Assembly (NCBI GenBank): GCA_965218395.1
Contig: OZ244620.1
Location: forward strand, 1,413,268 to 1,477,267
Direction: 5' to 3'
DNA: 64,000 nt
From: an uncultured Candidatus Binatia bacterium
GTDB lineage: Bacteria; Desulfobacterota; Binatia; Bin18
Shown here: piece by piece, positions 9,806 through 19,166 of the stretch
Position numbering within the stretch: position 1 is the stretch's first letter
Layout of the letters: the number at the start of each line of letters is the position of its first letter
Made by a program: the position numbers and the translations under genes
The notes under the pieces: model-generated
Told to the model about the DNA's origin: nothing
The model's input: only the letters and a program-made list of their open reading frames with translations
The model's database searches: none

Positions 9806-9887
9806 GAATGATGTCGAACGGGGTCTGACCGAGTACGGCTTGGAAAGCAAAGCCTGTGCAGGCTAGAAGCCTGCGCTCCCAGGGGGC

Positions 9888-10361
9888 TCAGTCGGGAATG
9901 TCGGACTGTGCGCCCGCGGCCTGGGCGAGCTGGCCTTCCTGCTGAGAGACGGCCTGGGGACGGTCGCGCTCCGCATCGACGATGCAGAAAAAGCCAAAGG
10001 GTTCAGCGCCGCCGGCCAGAAACTGATGGGGGGTCCAGGGCGCGACGTATACGGTGTCAAGCGCCTGCATCTCCGAGGCTTGATCGTTCAGTATGACCCG
10101 CCCCTGCCCGCGCACGGCAATCACAACGTGTGCGTGGGCGTGTTTTTCCAAGCTGGAGTAGCCGCCCGGTTCGATTTCAAAATAGCGCAGATGAAAGCCG
10201 GTCTCTTCGGCCTGTTTGCCGACCAGAACCTGGCGGATAATACTTTTCCATTCTCGTCCCGACTCCTGCCCCTGCTTATAGGCTTCGCATTCGACCTCGG
10301 ACCAGGTGTACGGGCCGTGATCTTTTTGCGCGCGAATGAGACGGCTTTTGGGAGCGGACAT
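9888..10361 (-). CDS. Cupin domain protein
   Basis: Start trimmed to MSAPKS (ATG at 10361). G..H.H.....V.V..G, P...H cupin motifs (EKHAHAHVVIAVRGQG...PWTPHQF). Confidence 0.6.
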   Translation of the reverse strand: MSAPKSRLIRAQKDHGPYTWSEVECEAYKQGQESGREWKSIIRQVLVGKQAEETGFHLRYFEIEPGGYSSLEKHAHAHVVIAVRGQGRVILNDQASEMQALDTVYVAPWTPHQFLAGGAEPFGFFCIVDAERDRPQAVSQQEGQLAQAAGAQSDIPD

Positions 10362-10368
10362 GGTTTTC

Positions 10369-11412
10369 TCAGGCAAACTCAATAATCGTCTTGAGGGAGT
10401 CTCGCGCCTCAGCCGCGTTACGATAGGCAGCGTGGAGTTGATCAAATGGGAAACGATGGGTGATGAATTGCGCGGCCGTAATGACGCCGTCCTGAACCAA
10501 CCGGAGCGCCTCGCGGGTATCGTTCGGGCCGCAGGAATAGCTGGGGATGAGGCGGACTTCATTAAAATACAGATCATTGGGCGAGAATGTCAGCGTGTCG
10601 TCCGGTTTACTGGCCGTAAACAGCACCACGGTTCCGCCCTTGGCCGCACAGCGCAGGCCGAGCTGCATCGCTTCGATCGAACCCGGTCCGACAATGACGA
10701 CCTCAGCCATCTCGCCCTGAGTATATTCCCGCAGCGCGTCCTCGACATTGCCGTCTTTCACAGCCTGCGGATTCAGCGCGAGATCGGCCCCCAGTTCACG
10801 CGCCTTTGTGCAGCGATAGGGGACGAAATCTGTGCCAATGATGCTTCGCGCTCCGGCATGTTTCGCCAGGGCAACGTGCAACTGCCCCATGATGCCGAGT
10901 CCGATCACAAAGACGCTGTCGCCGGCCTGAAACCCCGAGCGTCGCAGGGACTTGACCGCACAGGCCGTGGGTTCAACCAGAGAGCCGTCGGCAAACGACA
11001 TCTGCTCAGGCAGGCGTAAGGTATCACCGGACAAATTGTCCTTGGGCACCACGAAGTATTCAGCCATGCCGCCCGGAACAATCTTCGTCGCCCGCCAGGT
11101 TGGACACTGTACGAACTCGCCGCGTTGACACGCCCGGCACGAAAAACACGGGGCGTGATGATGGACGAACACCCGGTCGCCGGGCTGAAAGTCGTCCACT
11201 CCCTCACCGATTGCAACGATTTCACCCGCGGGTTCATGCCCAAACACCAGCGGGGCCTTTTTCTTCATATACCAGCCCATGACATCGCCCGAGCAAATCC
11301 CGCACGTCCGGGTCTTCACTAATGCCTCGCCCGGCCCGACAGCGGGAATGGGATCGTCTTCAAAACGAATATCGGTTGAGTCGTACAAACGAGCGACTTT
11401 CATGCTGGGCAT
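10369..11412 (-). CDS. Zinc-dependent alcohol dehydrogenase (MDR superfamily)
   Basis: GHEPAGEIV Zn-binding motif, structural-Zn Cys cluster (CFSCRACQRGEFVQC), GLGIMG NAD-binding glycine motif. Confidence 0.8.
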   Translation of the reverse strand: MPSMKVARLYDSTDIRFEDDPIPAVGPGEALVKTRTCGICSGDVMGWYMKKKAPLVFGHEPAGEIVAIGEGVDDFQPGDRVFVHHHAPCFSCRACQRGEFVQCPTWRATKIVPGGMAEYFVVPKDNLSGDTLRLPEQMSFADGSLVEPTACAVKSLRRSGFQAGDSVFVIGLGIMGQLHVALAKHAGARSIIGTDFVPYRCTKARELGADLALNPQAVKDGNVEDALREYTQGEMAEVVIVGPGSIEAMQLGLRCAAKGGTVVLFTASKPDDTLTFSPNDLYFNEVRLIPSYSCGPNDTREALRLVQDGVITAAQFITHRFPFDQLHAAYRNAAEARDSLKTIIEFA

Positions 11413-11530
11413 AGTGACAGCGGCTTCCTTTCTGCTGAGCGAACCTGGGACCATTATGCCAGGAGAGGATTTCGCGGCAAGCCGGACTGAGTCCTTGCGA
11501 AATCACTCGAAGGGAGGTTATACTTTTAGT

Positions 11531-11767
11531 ATGAAAACGGCAATCTCAATCCCTGATTCTGTTTACACGGAAGCGGAACGCCTCGCCCAACACCTCGGAA
11601 AATCTCGCAGTCAGTTGTATAGTGAGGCGGTTGCGGAATATGTCGCCCGTCACGATACCGAGACGCTTACAGAGGCGATGAACAAGGTGTGTGACGCTGT
11701 TGATGCCCATTCCGACCCTGCCTTTTCATCCGTGACTCGACGCGTTCTCGAACAGAGCGAATGGTAG
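11531..11767 (+). CDS. Putative antitoxin of MazEF-like pair
   Basis: 79 aa. ATG at 11531 sits inside a longer ORF-track ORF. Immediately upstream of and overlapping (7 bp) a MazF/PemK gene. Basic N-terminus with beta-strand character. Confidence 0.45.
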   Translation: MKTAISIPDSVYTEAERLAQHLGKSRSQLYSEAVAEYVARHDTETLTEAMNKVCDAVDAHSDPAFSSVTRRVLEQSEW

Positions 11768-12105
11768 TAGCTCAGGGTGAAGTCTGGTGGGCTGACTTGC
11801 CCAGTCCGGTGGGTTCAGGCCCTGGCTTTCGGCGGCCCGTGCTCGTGGTCCAGGGAGAGTCGCTCAACCGGAGTCGGCTCGCCACAGTCGTTTGTGTTCC
11901 ACTGACGAGTAATCTCCGCTGGGCCAATGCTCCAGGAAATGTGTTGCTGCGGGCGCGCAGCACCCGGCTTCCCAAAGATTCCGTTGCCAATGTTTCTCAA
12001 ATCCTGACGCTTGATCGGACACTCTTAACTGAACGGGTCGGGCATATTTCCCGCCGTCAGGTTGAATCCGTCCTTCTGGGGATTGACCTCATTTTACGGC
12101 GCTAG
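11761..12105 (+). CDS. mazF: MazF/PemK family type II toxin
   Basis: GEVWWADLPSPVGSGPGFRRPVLVVQGESLNRSRLATVVCVPLTS is a strong PemK-family match. Confidence 0.7.
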   Translation: MVVAQGEVWWADLPSPVGSGPGFRRPVLVVQGESLNRSRLATVVCVPLTSNLRWANAPGNVLLRARSTRLPKDSVANVSQILTLDRTLLTERVGHISRRQVESVLLGIDLILRR

Positions 12106-12349
12106 AGAAATGCCCGTCTCGCCCCTCCCAATTCTCTCGTTCAGTTGAAAGATGGTCCTTCAGATAGAGACCCTTCCCGATACCGGCAATGGCCTTGGCG
12201 TACTTCTTTGGCTTAGGGAGCAGGACAACTGTCTTTCCTCGCACCACAAAGAGCAGCCGGTCTCCCGCCTTCACTCCAAGAGCTGCCCGCGCCTCACGCG
12301 GAATGACGATCTGGTTCTTGGCAGAAAGTTTTACTTCGTTCACGCTCAT
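12089..12349 (-). CDS. AbrB/MazE/SpoVT-fold DNA-binding protein
   Basis: Start trimmed to MSVNEV. KLSAKNQIVIPREARAALGVKAGDRLLFVV is the swapped-hairpin AbrB-fold signature. Lies downstream of a SprT-like gene on the same strand. Confidence 0.6.
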   Translation of the reverse strand: MSVNEVKLSAKNQIVIPREARAALGVKAGDRLLFVVRGKTVVLLPKPKKYAKAIAGIGKGLYLKDHLSTERENWEGRDGHFSSAVK

Positions 12350-12371
12350 CTTGTACTCTATAAACAAATGG

Positions 12372-12794
12372 CTACGGCCCACCCGTCACATAGGTAGCGA
12401 GGTTGATCGGACCGAGCGGAGCGGCCAGGGCGGCCAGGCGGGTCATTTCTTGGCGAAAGCGCGGACCGTGGTGCACATTGGTCGCCACATGAGCCATTTC
12501 GTGCAGCAGGATGCCTTCCCCTTTGGGGAAGGGAAAAGCCTCCAACAGAATCCGGCGCCGTTTCTTGTCGCAGTAGCCGGCTATGTATTTGCTCATTGCG
12601 GCGGATACCCCAGGGACGATGAGCGGGTCATGGAGCGTGACGCGGTACGGGGGCAGCGTATTGGCGAAGTACCGGCGGTTGAAATACTCGAAGTGACGCT
12701 GGTACTGCTGTTCCCACTCGGCGAGTTGGGCGGCGGTGGAGCGGTGGCGCTTGCGATCCTTCCAGGTGGAAAGAGTGGAGCGGGTGGCGCCCAT
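12372..12794 (-). CDS. SprT-like HExxH zinc-metallopeptidase domain protein
   Basis: 140 aa. LLHEMAHV HExxH motif. N-terminal F..RYF...LPPY pattern resembles the SprT-like domain. Assignment from motif recall only. Confidence 0.45.
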   Translation of the reverse strand: MGATRSTLSTWKDRKRHRSTAAQLAEWEQQYQRHFEYFNRRYFANTLPPYRVTLHDPLIVPGVSAAMSKYIAGYCDKKRRRILLEAFPFPKGEGILLHEMAHVATNVHHGPRFRQEMTRLAALAAPLGPINLATYVTGGP

Positions 12795-12900
12795 GTATTT
12801 TTTCCTGTCGTGATCTACGGTTGTATATAGGGAGAGAGAAGAGCCCTCACCCTAGCCCTCTCCCAGGGGGAGAGGGAAACAAGATAAGGACGGAGAGGAC

Positions 12901-13899
12901 TTAGGCCGCCATCATCCACTTGGCCATGCGCAGCATGTCCTGGGGGCTCTCGGGCAGTTTGCGCATGACCGAGGCCTCGAAGCCGGAGTGCATGAGACAG
13001 TTCTGACATAAGGCGTCTTCGCGTTTTTCCCAGTAGTCCCAGTCCACCCCGTTCCAGAACTCGTCCCAGGTCTTGAAGTATTTCTTGCCGATTAAATAGC
13101 ACGGGTCCTTCCAGCCGAAGGGCGTCCGGGTGACGTTGCCCCACGGCGTACAGGGATAGTCGCGCTCGCCGGCGGCGAATTCGAGGAACAGCGGGGTGAG
13201 CGAGATCTTGTAGCGCTCGGACAGTTTCAGCACGTGTTTGAACTTCTGGTGGATCTCGTCCCGATACAGAAAGTGGTTGGTCTCAAGCGCCTGGTAATGA
13301 TAGCCGGGCGAAATCATGATGCCGTCCACCCCAAGCCCGGTCAGCATCTCGCACATCTCTTCGATCTCTTCCAGGCTGGTTTCGCGGAACACCGTGGTGT
13401 TGGTGCACATGGAATACCCGAGCTGTTTGCCGCGCTTAATCATGTCAACGGCCGTATCAAAGACGCCCGGCTTGTCACACACAAAGTCGTGGGTGTCGCG
13501 CATGCCATCCAGATGCACGTTGATGGACAGGCGTTTATGCGGCTTCCCTTTGGCGTAAAAGCGCTCCAGTAAAATCCCGTTGGTACACAGATAGATGTGG
13601 CGCTTACGGTCAATAATGCCCTCGACCAGCTCCGGCAGCTCCGGATACACGGTTGGCTCTCCGCCACAAATCGACACCACCGGCGTGCCGGACTGATCGA
13701 CCGCTTCAAAGCATTGATCGAGAGAGAGTCGATCTTTGAGATCGCCTTGATGTCGTTCCGGCGTACAGCCCACACAGGCCAGATTACAGGTGTATAAGGG
13801 CTCAAGCATGAGCACGACGGGGTAACGAGACTGGCCGTTCAGCTTGTTCTTGAGCTGCCACTTAATCATGTCGGTAGTGATGTGTAATGGAAACCGCAT
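12901..13899 (-). CDS. hpnH: Adenosylhopane synthase (hopanoid biosynthesis-associated radical SAM protein HpnH)
   Basis: 332 aa. CNLACVGC radical-SAM cysteine motif. N-terminus MRFPLHITTDMIKWQLKNKLNG and overall length match HpnH. Confidence 0.8.
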   Translation of the reverse strand: MRFPLHITTDMIKWQLKNKLNGQSRYPVVLMLEPLYTCNLACVGCTPERHQGDLKDRLSLDQCFEAVDQSGTPVVSICGGEPTVYPELPELVEGIIDRKRHIYLCTNGILLERFYAKGKPHKRLSINVHLDGMRDTHDFVCDKPGVFDTAVDMIKRGKQLGYSMCTNTTVFRETSLEEIEEMCEMLTGLGVDGIMISPGYHYQALETNHFLYRDEIHQKFKHVLKLSERYKISLTPLFLEFAAGERDYPCTPWGNVTRTPFGWKDPCYLIGKKYFKTWDEFWNGVDWDYWEKREDALCQNCLMHSGFEASVMRKLPESPQDMLRMAKWMMAA

Positions 13900-14064
13900 A
13901 TCCTTCCTCGTCCTGAGCCTGTCGGGCCGCTTGCCCCTTCAGCCTCACCGGCTGACCGTTCGGTTAGGGAATACTACCGATCCGTCTACAAGCTCGCAAG
14001 GGGGAAGGTCGGAACGAAGCATGTGGCGCTTTACAAGTTTTGGGGCCTTGGTCACAATAGAAGT

Positions 14065-14385
14065 ATGGTAAAGAAGAAGACTGGTGGTCGGGGTAGTGGT
14101 GGCGGACAAGAGAACGCGACGCTCGGAGAGCTGAAAGAGGTCGCGACACGGCTGGGCATTCAGGTCCGAGAGGAAAAGTTGCTGCGTGAAGTCGGGTATC
14201 GCGTCCGTGGCGGGGGCTGTCGCGTGCACGACCAAGACATCGTCTTCCTCGACCGAGACCGGCCGGTGACCGAACGGGTTGACATCCTGCTCGATGAGCT
14301 GGCGCAACGCGCGGTTGATACGCAGGCGCTGTCGCCGTCAATCCGTCACCTTCTGGCGGGCATAGCAGGAGAGCATCCGGCATGA
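14065..14385 (+). CDS. Hypothetical protein (Gly-rich basic N-terminus), overlaps fur start
   Basis: ATG at 14065 (MVKKKTGGRGSGGG...). 4-bp ATGA overlap with fur suggests co-transcription. No family recognised. Confidence 0.35.
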   Translation: MVKKKTGGRGSGGGQENATLGELKEVATRLGIQVREEKLLREVGYRVRGGGCRVHDQDIVFLDRDRPVTERVDILLDELAQRAVDTQALSPSIRHLLAGIAGEHPA

Positions 14386-14846
14386 GCGAGCGACTTGATA
14401 CCTTTCGGCTCTGGATCAAGGAGCAGGGCCTCAAGGCCACCGCTCAGCGAGAAGACATCGCCCGCGTCTTTTTTGCGATCACGCGCCATATCAGTGTGGA
14501 AGAACTGTATAGTGAGGTCCGCCAGGTCAATCCGCGGGTGGGCTATGCCACCGTCTACCGGACCCTCAAATTACTCAAAGAGTGCGGGCTTGCCGAGGAG
14601 CGTCATTTTGCCGATGGGCAAGCCCGCTTCGAGAACATTGAAGCCGAACGGCATCATGATCATCTGATCTGCGAACGCTGTGGGCGTATTATCGAATTCG
14701 TTCAGCCCCATATTGAGGAACTCCAGGAGGAACTTGCGCAGCGCTACGACTTTGTGGCGACCACGCACAAGATGGAAATCTACGGGATTTGCAAAGAATG
14801 CCGAGAAAGTCTTGACCCGCGTCAGGGGCGCTTCTTCAACGGCTAG
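14382..14846 (+). CDS. fur: Fur family transcriptional regulator
   Basis: 154 aa. RHISVEELY, HHDHLIC, CxxC...C..C metal-binding motifs of Fur/Zur/PerR. Confidence 0.8.
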   Translation: MSERLDTFRLWIKEQGLKATAQREDIARVFFAITRHISVEELYSEVRQVNPRVGYATVYRTLKLLKECGLAEERHFADGQARFENIEAERHHDHLICERCGRIIEFVQPHIEELQEELAQRYDFVATTHKMEIYGICKECRESLDPRQGRFFNG

Positions 14847-15622
14847 GCGTCGAGCCGAAAGAGGTGGGCGGTATTGCGCCAGGTGGCCTGCGCCACCTCT
14901 TCAGGCGGCACGGCTTTTATTTGGGCAAGCGTTACCGCCACCTGGGAGACATAGGCGGGTTCGTTCCGCCGGCCACGGTAGGGGACCGGGGCCAAATACG
15001 GGCAATCGGTCTCAATGAGCAGACGGTCCATGGGCACGAGCGGCACGACCGCGCGCAGCTCGTGCGCACTCCTGAACGTCACGATCCCACTGAACGAAAG
15101 AGACAAACCAAGGGCGAGCAGGGCCTCGGCTTCCGGTATCGTGCCGGTAAAGCAGTGCATCACGCCTCGGACGCGGCCGTCACCTTCTTGGCGGAGAATC
15201 TCAGCGGCTTCAGTATAAGCCTCACGGACATGCATGGAGAGTGGCAGGTCGAGTTCGAGCGCGAGTCGGATAAAGGTGCGAAAATGCCTCTGCTGCGCTG
15301 CGCGGGGAGCATACTCGTAGTAAAAATCCAGGCCGGTCTCGCCCAACCCGACGACCTTGGGCTCCTCGGCCAAGCGGCGCAGTCGGGCATAGGTTTCCGG
15401 GCTAATCGTTTCGGCATTGTGTGGGTGCACGCCAACCGTGGCAAAAACATCGGGGTGTTCCTGGGCCAGGGCTACGGCTTTTTCGTTATGCCAAAACTCG
15501 CCCGTCGCTCCGATCGTAATAAAACGGCCGACGCCGGCCTGACGCGCCCTGGTCAGAAGCGCAGCCCGGTCTGCGTCAAACTGGGTGTCAGTCAGATGAC
15601 AGTGTGAGTCGGCCAGACGCAT
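14843..15622 (-). CDS. tatD: TatD family hydrolase (Mg-dependent DNase)
   Basis: DSHCHL N-terminus, SMHVREA, ETDCPYLAPVPYRG motifs of TatD. Downstream of metG. Confidence 0.8.
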   Translation of the reverse strand: MRLADSHCHLTDTQFDADRAALLTRARQAGVGRFITIGATGEFWHNEKAVALAQEHPDVFATVGVHPHNAETISPETYARLRRLAEEPKVVGLGETGLDFYYEYAPRAAQQRHFRTFIRLALELDLPLSMHVREAYTEAAEILRQEGDGRVRGVMHCFTGTIPEAEALLALGLSLSFSGIVTFRSAHELRAVVPLVPMDRLLIETDCPYLAPVPYRGRRNEPAYVSQVAVTLAQIKAVPPEEVAQATWRNTAHLFRLDA

Positions 15623-15640
15623 GGTCGGCGGTCCTCCCCG

Positions 15641-17395
15641 CTAACCCGCCGCCTCTTGCTCCGGCACGTTTTCGTCGAGTTTGACAAATAAGGGCGCGGG
15701 CTGCCGCAGGGCCTGGCCTGGAGCGAGCGTGCCCGGCTCCCACGTGCCGGTCGCGGTGCTGTTGTCATAGCGCAGCACGCGATGCTCGCCTCGGGCGTCT
15801 GTGACGACCTGCGTATACTGACGGCCAAAGAGCTGACCCTCATAGCCCAGGAATTCGTGGAGCTGTTGGCTGGTGTGGGGCAGTATGGGTGCCCAGAGCA
15901 TTTTCAACCAATCGATGGCTTGCAGCGCCACATAGACTGAGGTGGCGGCCTGTTGGGGGTCGGTCTTAATCGTACTCCAGGGGGCGGCGTCGTGCAGATA
16001 CTGGTTCGCCCGTTGGCTCAGCCGGCGGACCTCCTGCATGGCGGCCTTGAGCTTCACCCGGTCGTATAAGTCCCCGACGCTGTGGAAGCCGGCTTTGACT
16101 TCATCCAGCAGCCCCTGCTCTTTTGCACTCAACGGTCCTGGTGCGGGGATGACGCCCTGCCAGCGCTTATAGGCAAAGCCCAACACCCGATTCACCAGAT
16201 TACCCCAATTCGCCACCAGTTCGTTATTGACACGTTCGACAAAATCGTCCCAGGTAAAGTCCACATCGTTGGTTTCCGGCGCGATGGCGGTGAGCGCGTA
16301 ACGCCACGCATCAGCCTGGTAGCGTTCGAGCACGTCCAGAACGCTGATGACCCGCCCCTGGCTTTTGCTGAACTTCCGGCCGTACATATTCAGGTATTCG
16401 TTGGCCGGAACATCATAGGGCAAATTCAGACTCTGGTAGGCAATCAGCATCGCCGGCCACATCATGGCGTGAAAAGGGATATTGTCCTTGCCGATAAAAT
16501 TATAGATACGGGCCTGGGGGTTGGTAGTGGCGTCCCACCACTGACGCCAGTGTTCGGTCTCGTTATTGAGCTGGGCCCACTCTTTTGCCGCGCTCAGATA
16601 GCCGATGACGGCGTCATACCAGACATAGATGCATTTCCCTTCCGTCTTCGGCAGCGGAATGGATACGCCCCACTCCATGTCACGGGTGATCGGGCGGCCA
16701 CGCAGCTCGGTCTGTTCAACCTGGGTGCGCGCGAAATGGATGACATTCGGACGCCAGTGTGTCTTGCCGTCTTGCAGCCAGGACCGCAGCCGTTCCTGGA
16801 GCTTTGACAAGTCCAGGAAGTAATGCTCGGTCTCCCGGACTTCGAGGCTGGTATTCCCGGTAATGCGTGAACGGGGGTTTTTGAGTTCGACCGCTTCGTA
16901 GGTGCGCCCACACTGATCGCACTGGTCCCCGCGCGCTTCGTCATGGTCACAAAACGGGCAGTTGCCCTCAACATAGCGGTCGGGCAGAAACCGGTTGGCC
17001 TGAGCGTCATACAATTGCTGCTGGCTGTCCTGATAGATATAGCCGCCCTCCAGATGGGTGCGAAAAAGATCCTGGGTTACATCCCAGTGGTTTTGGGTAT
17101 CCGTATGGGTAAAGAGGTCGAAGGTCAGACCGAGCTTGAGGTAGCTGTCGATAAACGTGGCATGAAATCGATCAACAATCTCAGCCGGGCCGACCCCCTC
17201 AGCCTCGGCCCGGACGGTAATGGGGGTGCCGTGCGTGTCAGAGCCACTCACCATCAGGACCTGGTTGCCGCGCATCCGCTGGAAGCGGGCAAAAATATCG
17301 GGCGGAAGATAGGCGCCGGCAATATGGCCGATGTGTTGCTCGCCATTCGCGTACGGCCAGGCGACGCCAACAAGTATATGTCGTGGTTGATCCAT
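15641..17395 (-). CDS. metG: Methionine--tRNA ligase
   Basis: Start trimmed to MDQPRH (ATG at 17395). HIGH motif (NGEQHIGH), KMSKS (KFSKSQG), and zinc knuckle [18 protein letters not shown]. Confidence 0.9.
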   Translation of the reverse strand: MDQPRHILVGVAWPYANGEQHIGHIAGAYLPPDIFARFQRMRGNQVLMVSGSDTHGTPITVRAEAEGVGPAEIVDRFHATFIDSYLKLGLTFDLFTHTDTQNHWDVTQDLFRTHLEGGYIYQDSQQQLYDAQANRFLPDRYVEGNCPFCDHDEARGDQCDQCGRTYEAVELKNPRSRITGNTSLEVRETEHYFLDLSKLQERLRSWLQDGKTHWRPNVIHFARTQVEQTELRGRPITRDMEWGVSIPLPKTEGKCIYVWYDAVIGYLSAAKEWAQLNNETEHWRQWWDATTNPQARIYNFIGKDNIPFHAMMWPAMLIAYQSLNLPYDVPANEYLNMYGRKFSKSQGRVISVLDVLERYQADAWRYALTAIAPETNDVDFTWDDFVERVNNELVANWGNLVNRVLGFAYKRWQGVIPAPGPLSAKEQGLLDEVKAGFHSVGDLYDRVKLKAAMQEVRRLSQRANQYLHDAAPWSTIKTDPQQAATSVYVALQAIDWLKMLWAPILPHTSQQLHEFLGYEGQLFGRQYTQVVTDARGEHRVLRYDNSTATGTWEPGTLAPGQALRQPAPLFVKLDENVPEQEAAG

Positions 17396-17420
17396 GTCTG
17401 TCTCCTCGAATCTCTCTTTC

Positions 17421-18455
17421 CTAGCGGGCCGGCGCAGCCTCAGCAAGTTCCAGCAGCATATCTTCGACGGCGAGTCGAGGATGGGCGTTCCGGCCCAGGG
17501 CCTGCAGCGTCTCGTAGACGACGTTGAGATCGTGCCAGGCCTGGGCGAGGTCCACGTTCGCGGTCGCCTGGGCCAGGGCGGGCAGACAGTCCTGATAGCG
17601 CACGACCGCGCTCTTGCCAAGCAGGAGGTAGCGCAGCGCCTCTTCATACCAGGCCAGAACGAGTTCCAGGCGGGCGCCCTTCTCCAGGGCTTCCGGCGTC
17701 TCGGCTTTCTTCTTGGTCTTGGAGCTACGGTCGGCCACCAGCCATTCGGCCAGTTGAGACAAGGCTGAAAAAGAAGCCCCGGGTAGCGTGGAGAGGTACT
17801 CGACAACCCGCTGGCGCTCCTCAATCAGTTTGGCTGGATCAAGGCTGAGGGCGCGGCCAATACTCCCGCGGCTATAGCGGGCCAGGAGGCTCGCCGGGTC
17901 GGCCTCCAGACCGGCCTCCTGCCTCAGGAGGCGTTCCACGTCCCGAACCGGCAGGGGAGCAAAGCGCACGTGCTGGCAGCGTGACAGCAGCGGCAGGGAG
18001 AGTGTCGCCCCGCTGGCGGCAAGCAGCACGATCAGCGCGTCGCCGGGCGGTTCTTCAAGAATCTTCAGCAGGGCACTCTGCGCCTGGTCCGTCAGGCTCT
18101 GGGCTTCATTGAGGATGCAGACTTTCTTGCCGCCGCGAACGGGCCGAAGCGCCAGAAACCGCTGCATGGCCCGAATCTGATCGATACCCATGCTCTGCTT
18201 TCCGGGCAGGGGCGCGCTGAAATAATAGTCCGGATGAGAGCCGGCTTGCAGGGACACACAGGCCGGACAGGCGGTACAGCCACGCTGAGGAGCCGCCTGG
18301 CAGAGTACGGCGTGCGCCAGGGCAATGGCGGTACACCGCTTGCCGATGCCGTCCGGCCCGGTGAAGAGATAGGCATGGGCAACTCGATCAGTGGCCAGCG
18401 CCTTGCGCAATGTCGCCAGCGCTGAGGCGTGGCCGTGTATCTGATCCAGCAGCAT
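17421..18455 (-). CDS. holB: DNA polymerase III subunit delta-prime
   Basis: [13 protein letters not shown] Walker A-like motif, zinc module C..C..C, conserved tmk-holB-metG gene order. Confidence 0.8.
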   Translation of the reverse strand: MLLDQIHGHASALATLRKALATDRVAHAYLFTGPDGIGKRCTAIALAHAVLCQAAPQRGCTACPACVSLQAGSHPDYYFSAPLPGKQSMGIDQIRAMQRFLALRPVRGGKKVCILNEAQSLTDQAQSALLKILEEPPGDALIVLLAASGATLSLPLLSRCQHVRFAPLPVRDVERLLRQEAGLEADPASLLARYSRGSIGRALSLDPAKLIEERQRVVEYLSTLPGASFSALSQLAEWLVADRSSKTKKKAETPEALEKGARLELVLAWYEEALRYLLLGKSAVVRYQDCLPALAQATANVDLAQAWHDLNVVYETLQALGRNAHPRLAVEDMLLELAEAAPAR

Positions 18456-18470
18456 GGTTTTCCCGAGTGC

Positions 18471-19127
18471 CTAGCCCTCGATCACGGCGGGCAAGCGTTG
18501 GCGGACACCGGCCAGAACGGCCGCGTGCACCGCCTCGATAGCCTGGTCCGCGTCAATCAGGCAGACCCGCTCGGGCTCGGCGCGGGCAATGGTCAGGAAC
18601 CCCGCGTGTACCCGCTCGTGAAAAGCCACTGACGCGGCCTCAAAGTGGTCGATCGCAGCCGCTCCCCGTCGCACGTCGGCGCGTCGCATCCCAACGGTAA
18701 CCGGCAGGTCCAACACGAAGGTGAGTTGGGGTTGGCAGGCGTCGCACACAAAGGCGTTCAGCCACGCAATCTCAGCCAGATCAAAGCCTCGTCCATAGCC
18801 TTGATAGGCGGTGGTCGAGTCCGCGTACCGGTCGCAGAGCACAATACGCCCGGCGTGCAGGCCGGGCAGGATGACCTGCTGAATATGCTGCGCCCGGTCG
18901 GCGAGCATGAGCAGCAATTCGGCCGGGGGAAGAAGCGCGTCGGTCGGCGGCCCGGTGGACGGGCGTAACAGGAGTTGGCGCAGGGTCTGACCGACTGGCG
19001 TACCACCCGGCTCGCGCGTCTCGACGACGGCGTACCCACGCGCGCGCAAGGCCGCGGCCAGAAGAGCGACCTGGGTGGTCTTGCCACTGCCTTCGCTCCC
19101 CTCAAAGGTGATAAAAAATCCGCTCAT
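18471..19127 (-). CDS. tmk: Thymidylate kinase
   Basis: Start MSGFFITFEGSEGSGKTTQ (P-loop). DRY motif (CDRYADS). Confidence 0.85.
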   Translation of the reverse strand: MSGFFITFEGSEGSGKTTQVALLAAALRARGYAVVETREPGGTPVGQTLRQLLLRPSTGPPTDALLPPAELLLMLADRAQHIQQVILPGLHAGRIVLCDRYADSTTAYQGYGRGFDLAEIAWLNAFVCDACQPQLTFVLDLPVTVGMRRADVRRGAAAIDHFEAASVAFHERVHAGFLTIARAEPERVCLIDADQAIEAVHAAVLAGVRQRLPAVIEG

Positions 19128-19166
19128 GAGACGCACTCTGTGGGCGTGTGGAACATAGCGAAAAAG

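Noticed and set aside
12857-12882. 9-bp perfect hairpin ccctctccc-agg-gggagaggg between hpnH and the SprT-like gene
   Set aside because: No following T/A-run on either strand, so not a convincing intrinsic terminator. Kept only as a minor structural note.
12815-13144. 109-aa ORF on minus strand overlapping the 3-prime end of hpnH
   Set aside because: Overlaps the strongly supported HpnH frame. Composition typical of an out-of-frame high-GC artefact.
15641-17824. 727-aa version of metG with a 142-aa N-terminal extension
   Set aside because: The extension is Arg/Pro-rich and overlaps holB. The conserved MetRS N-terminus begins at MDQPRH (ATG 17395).
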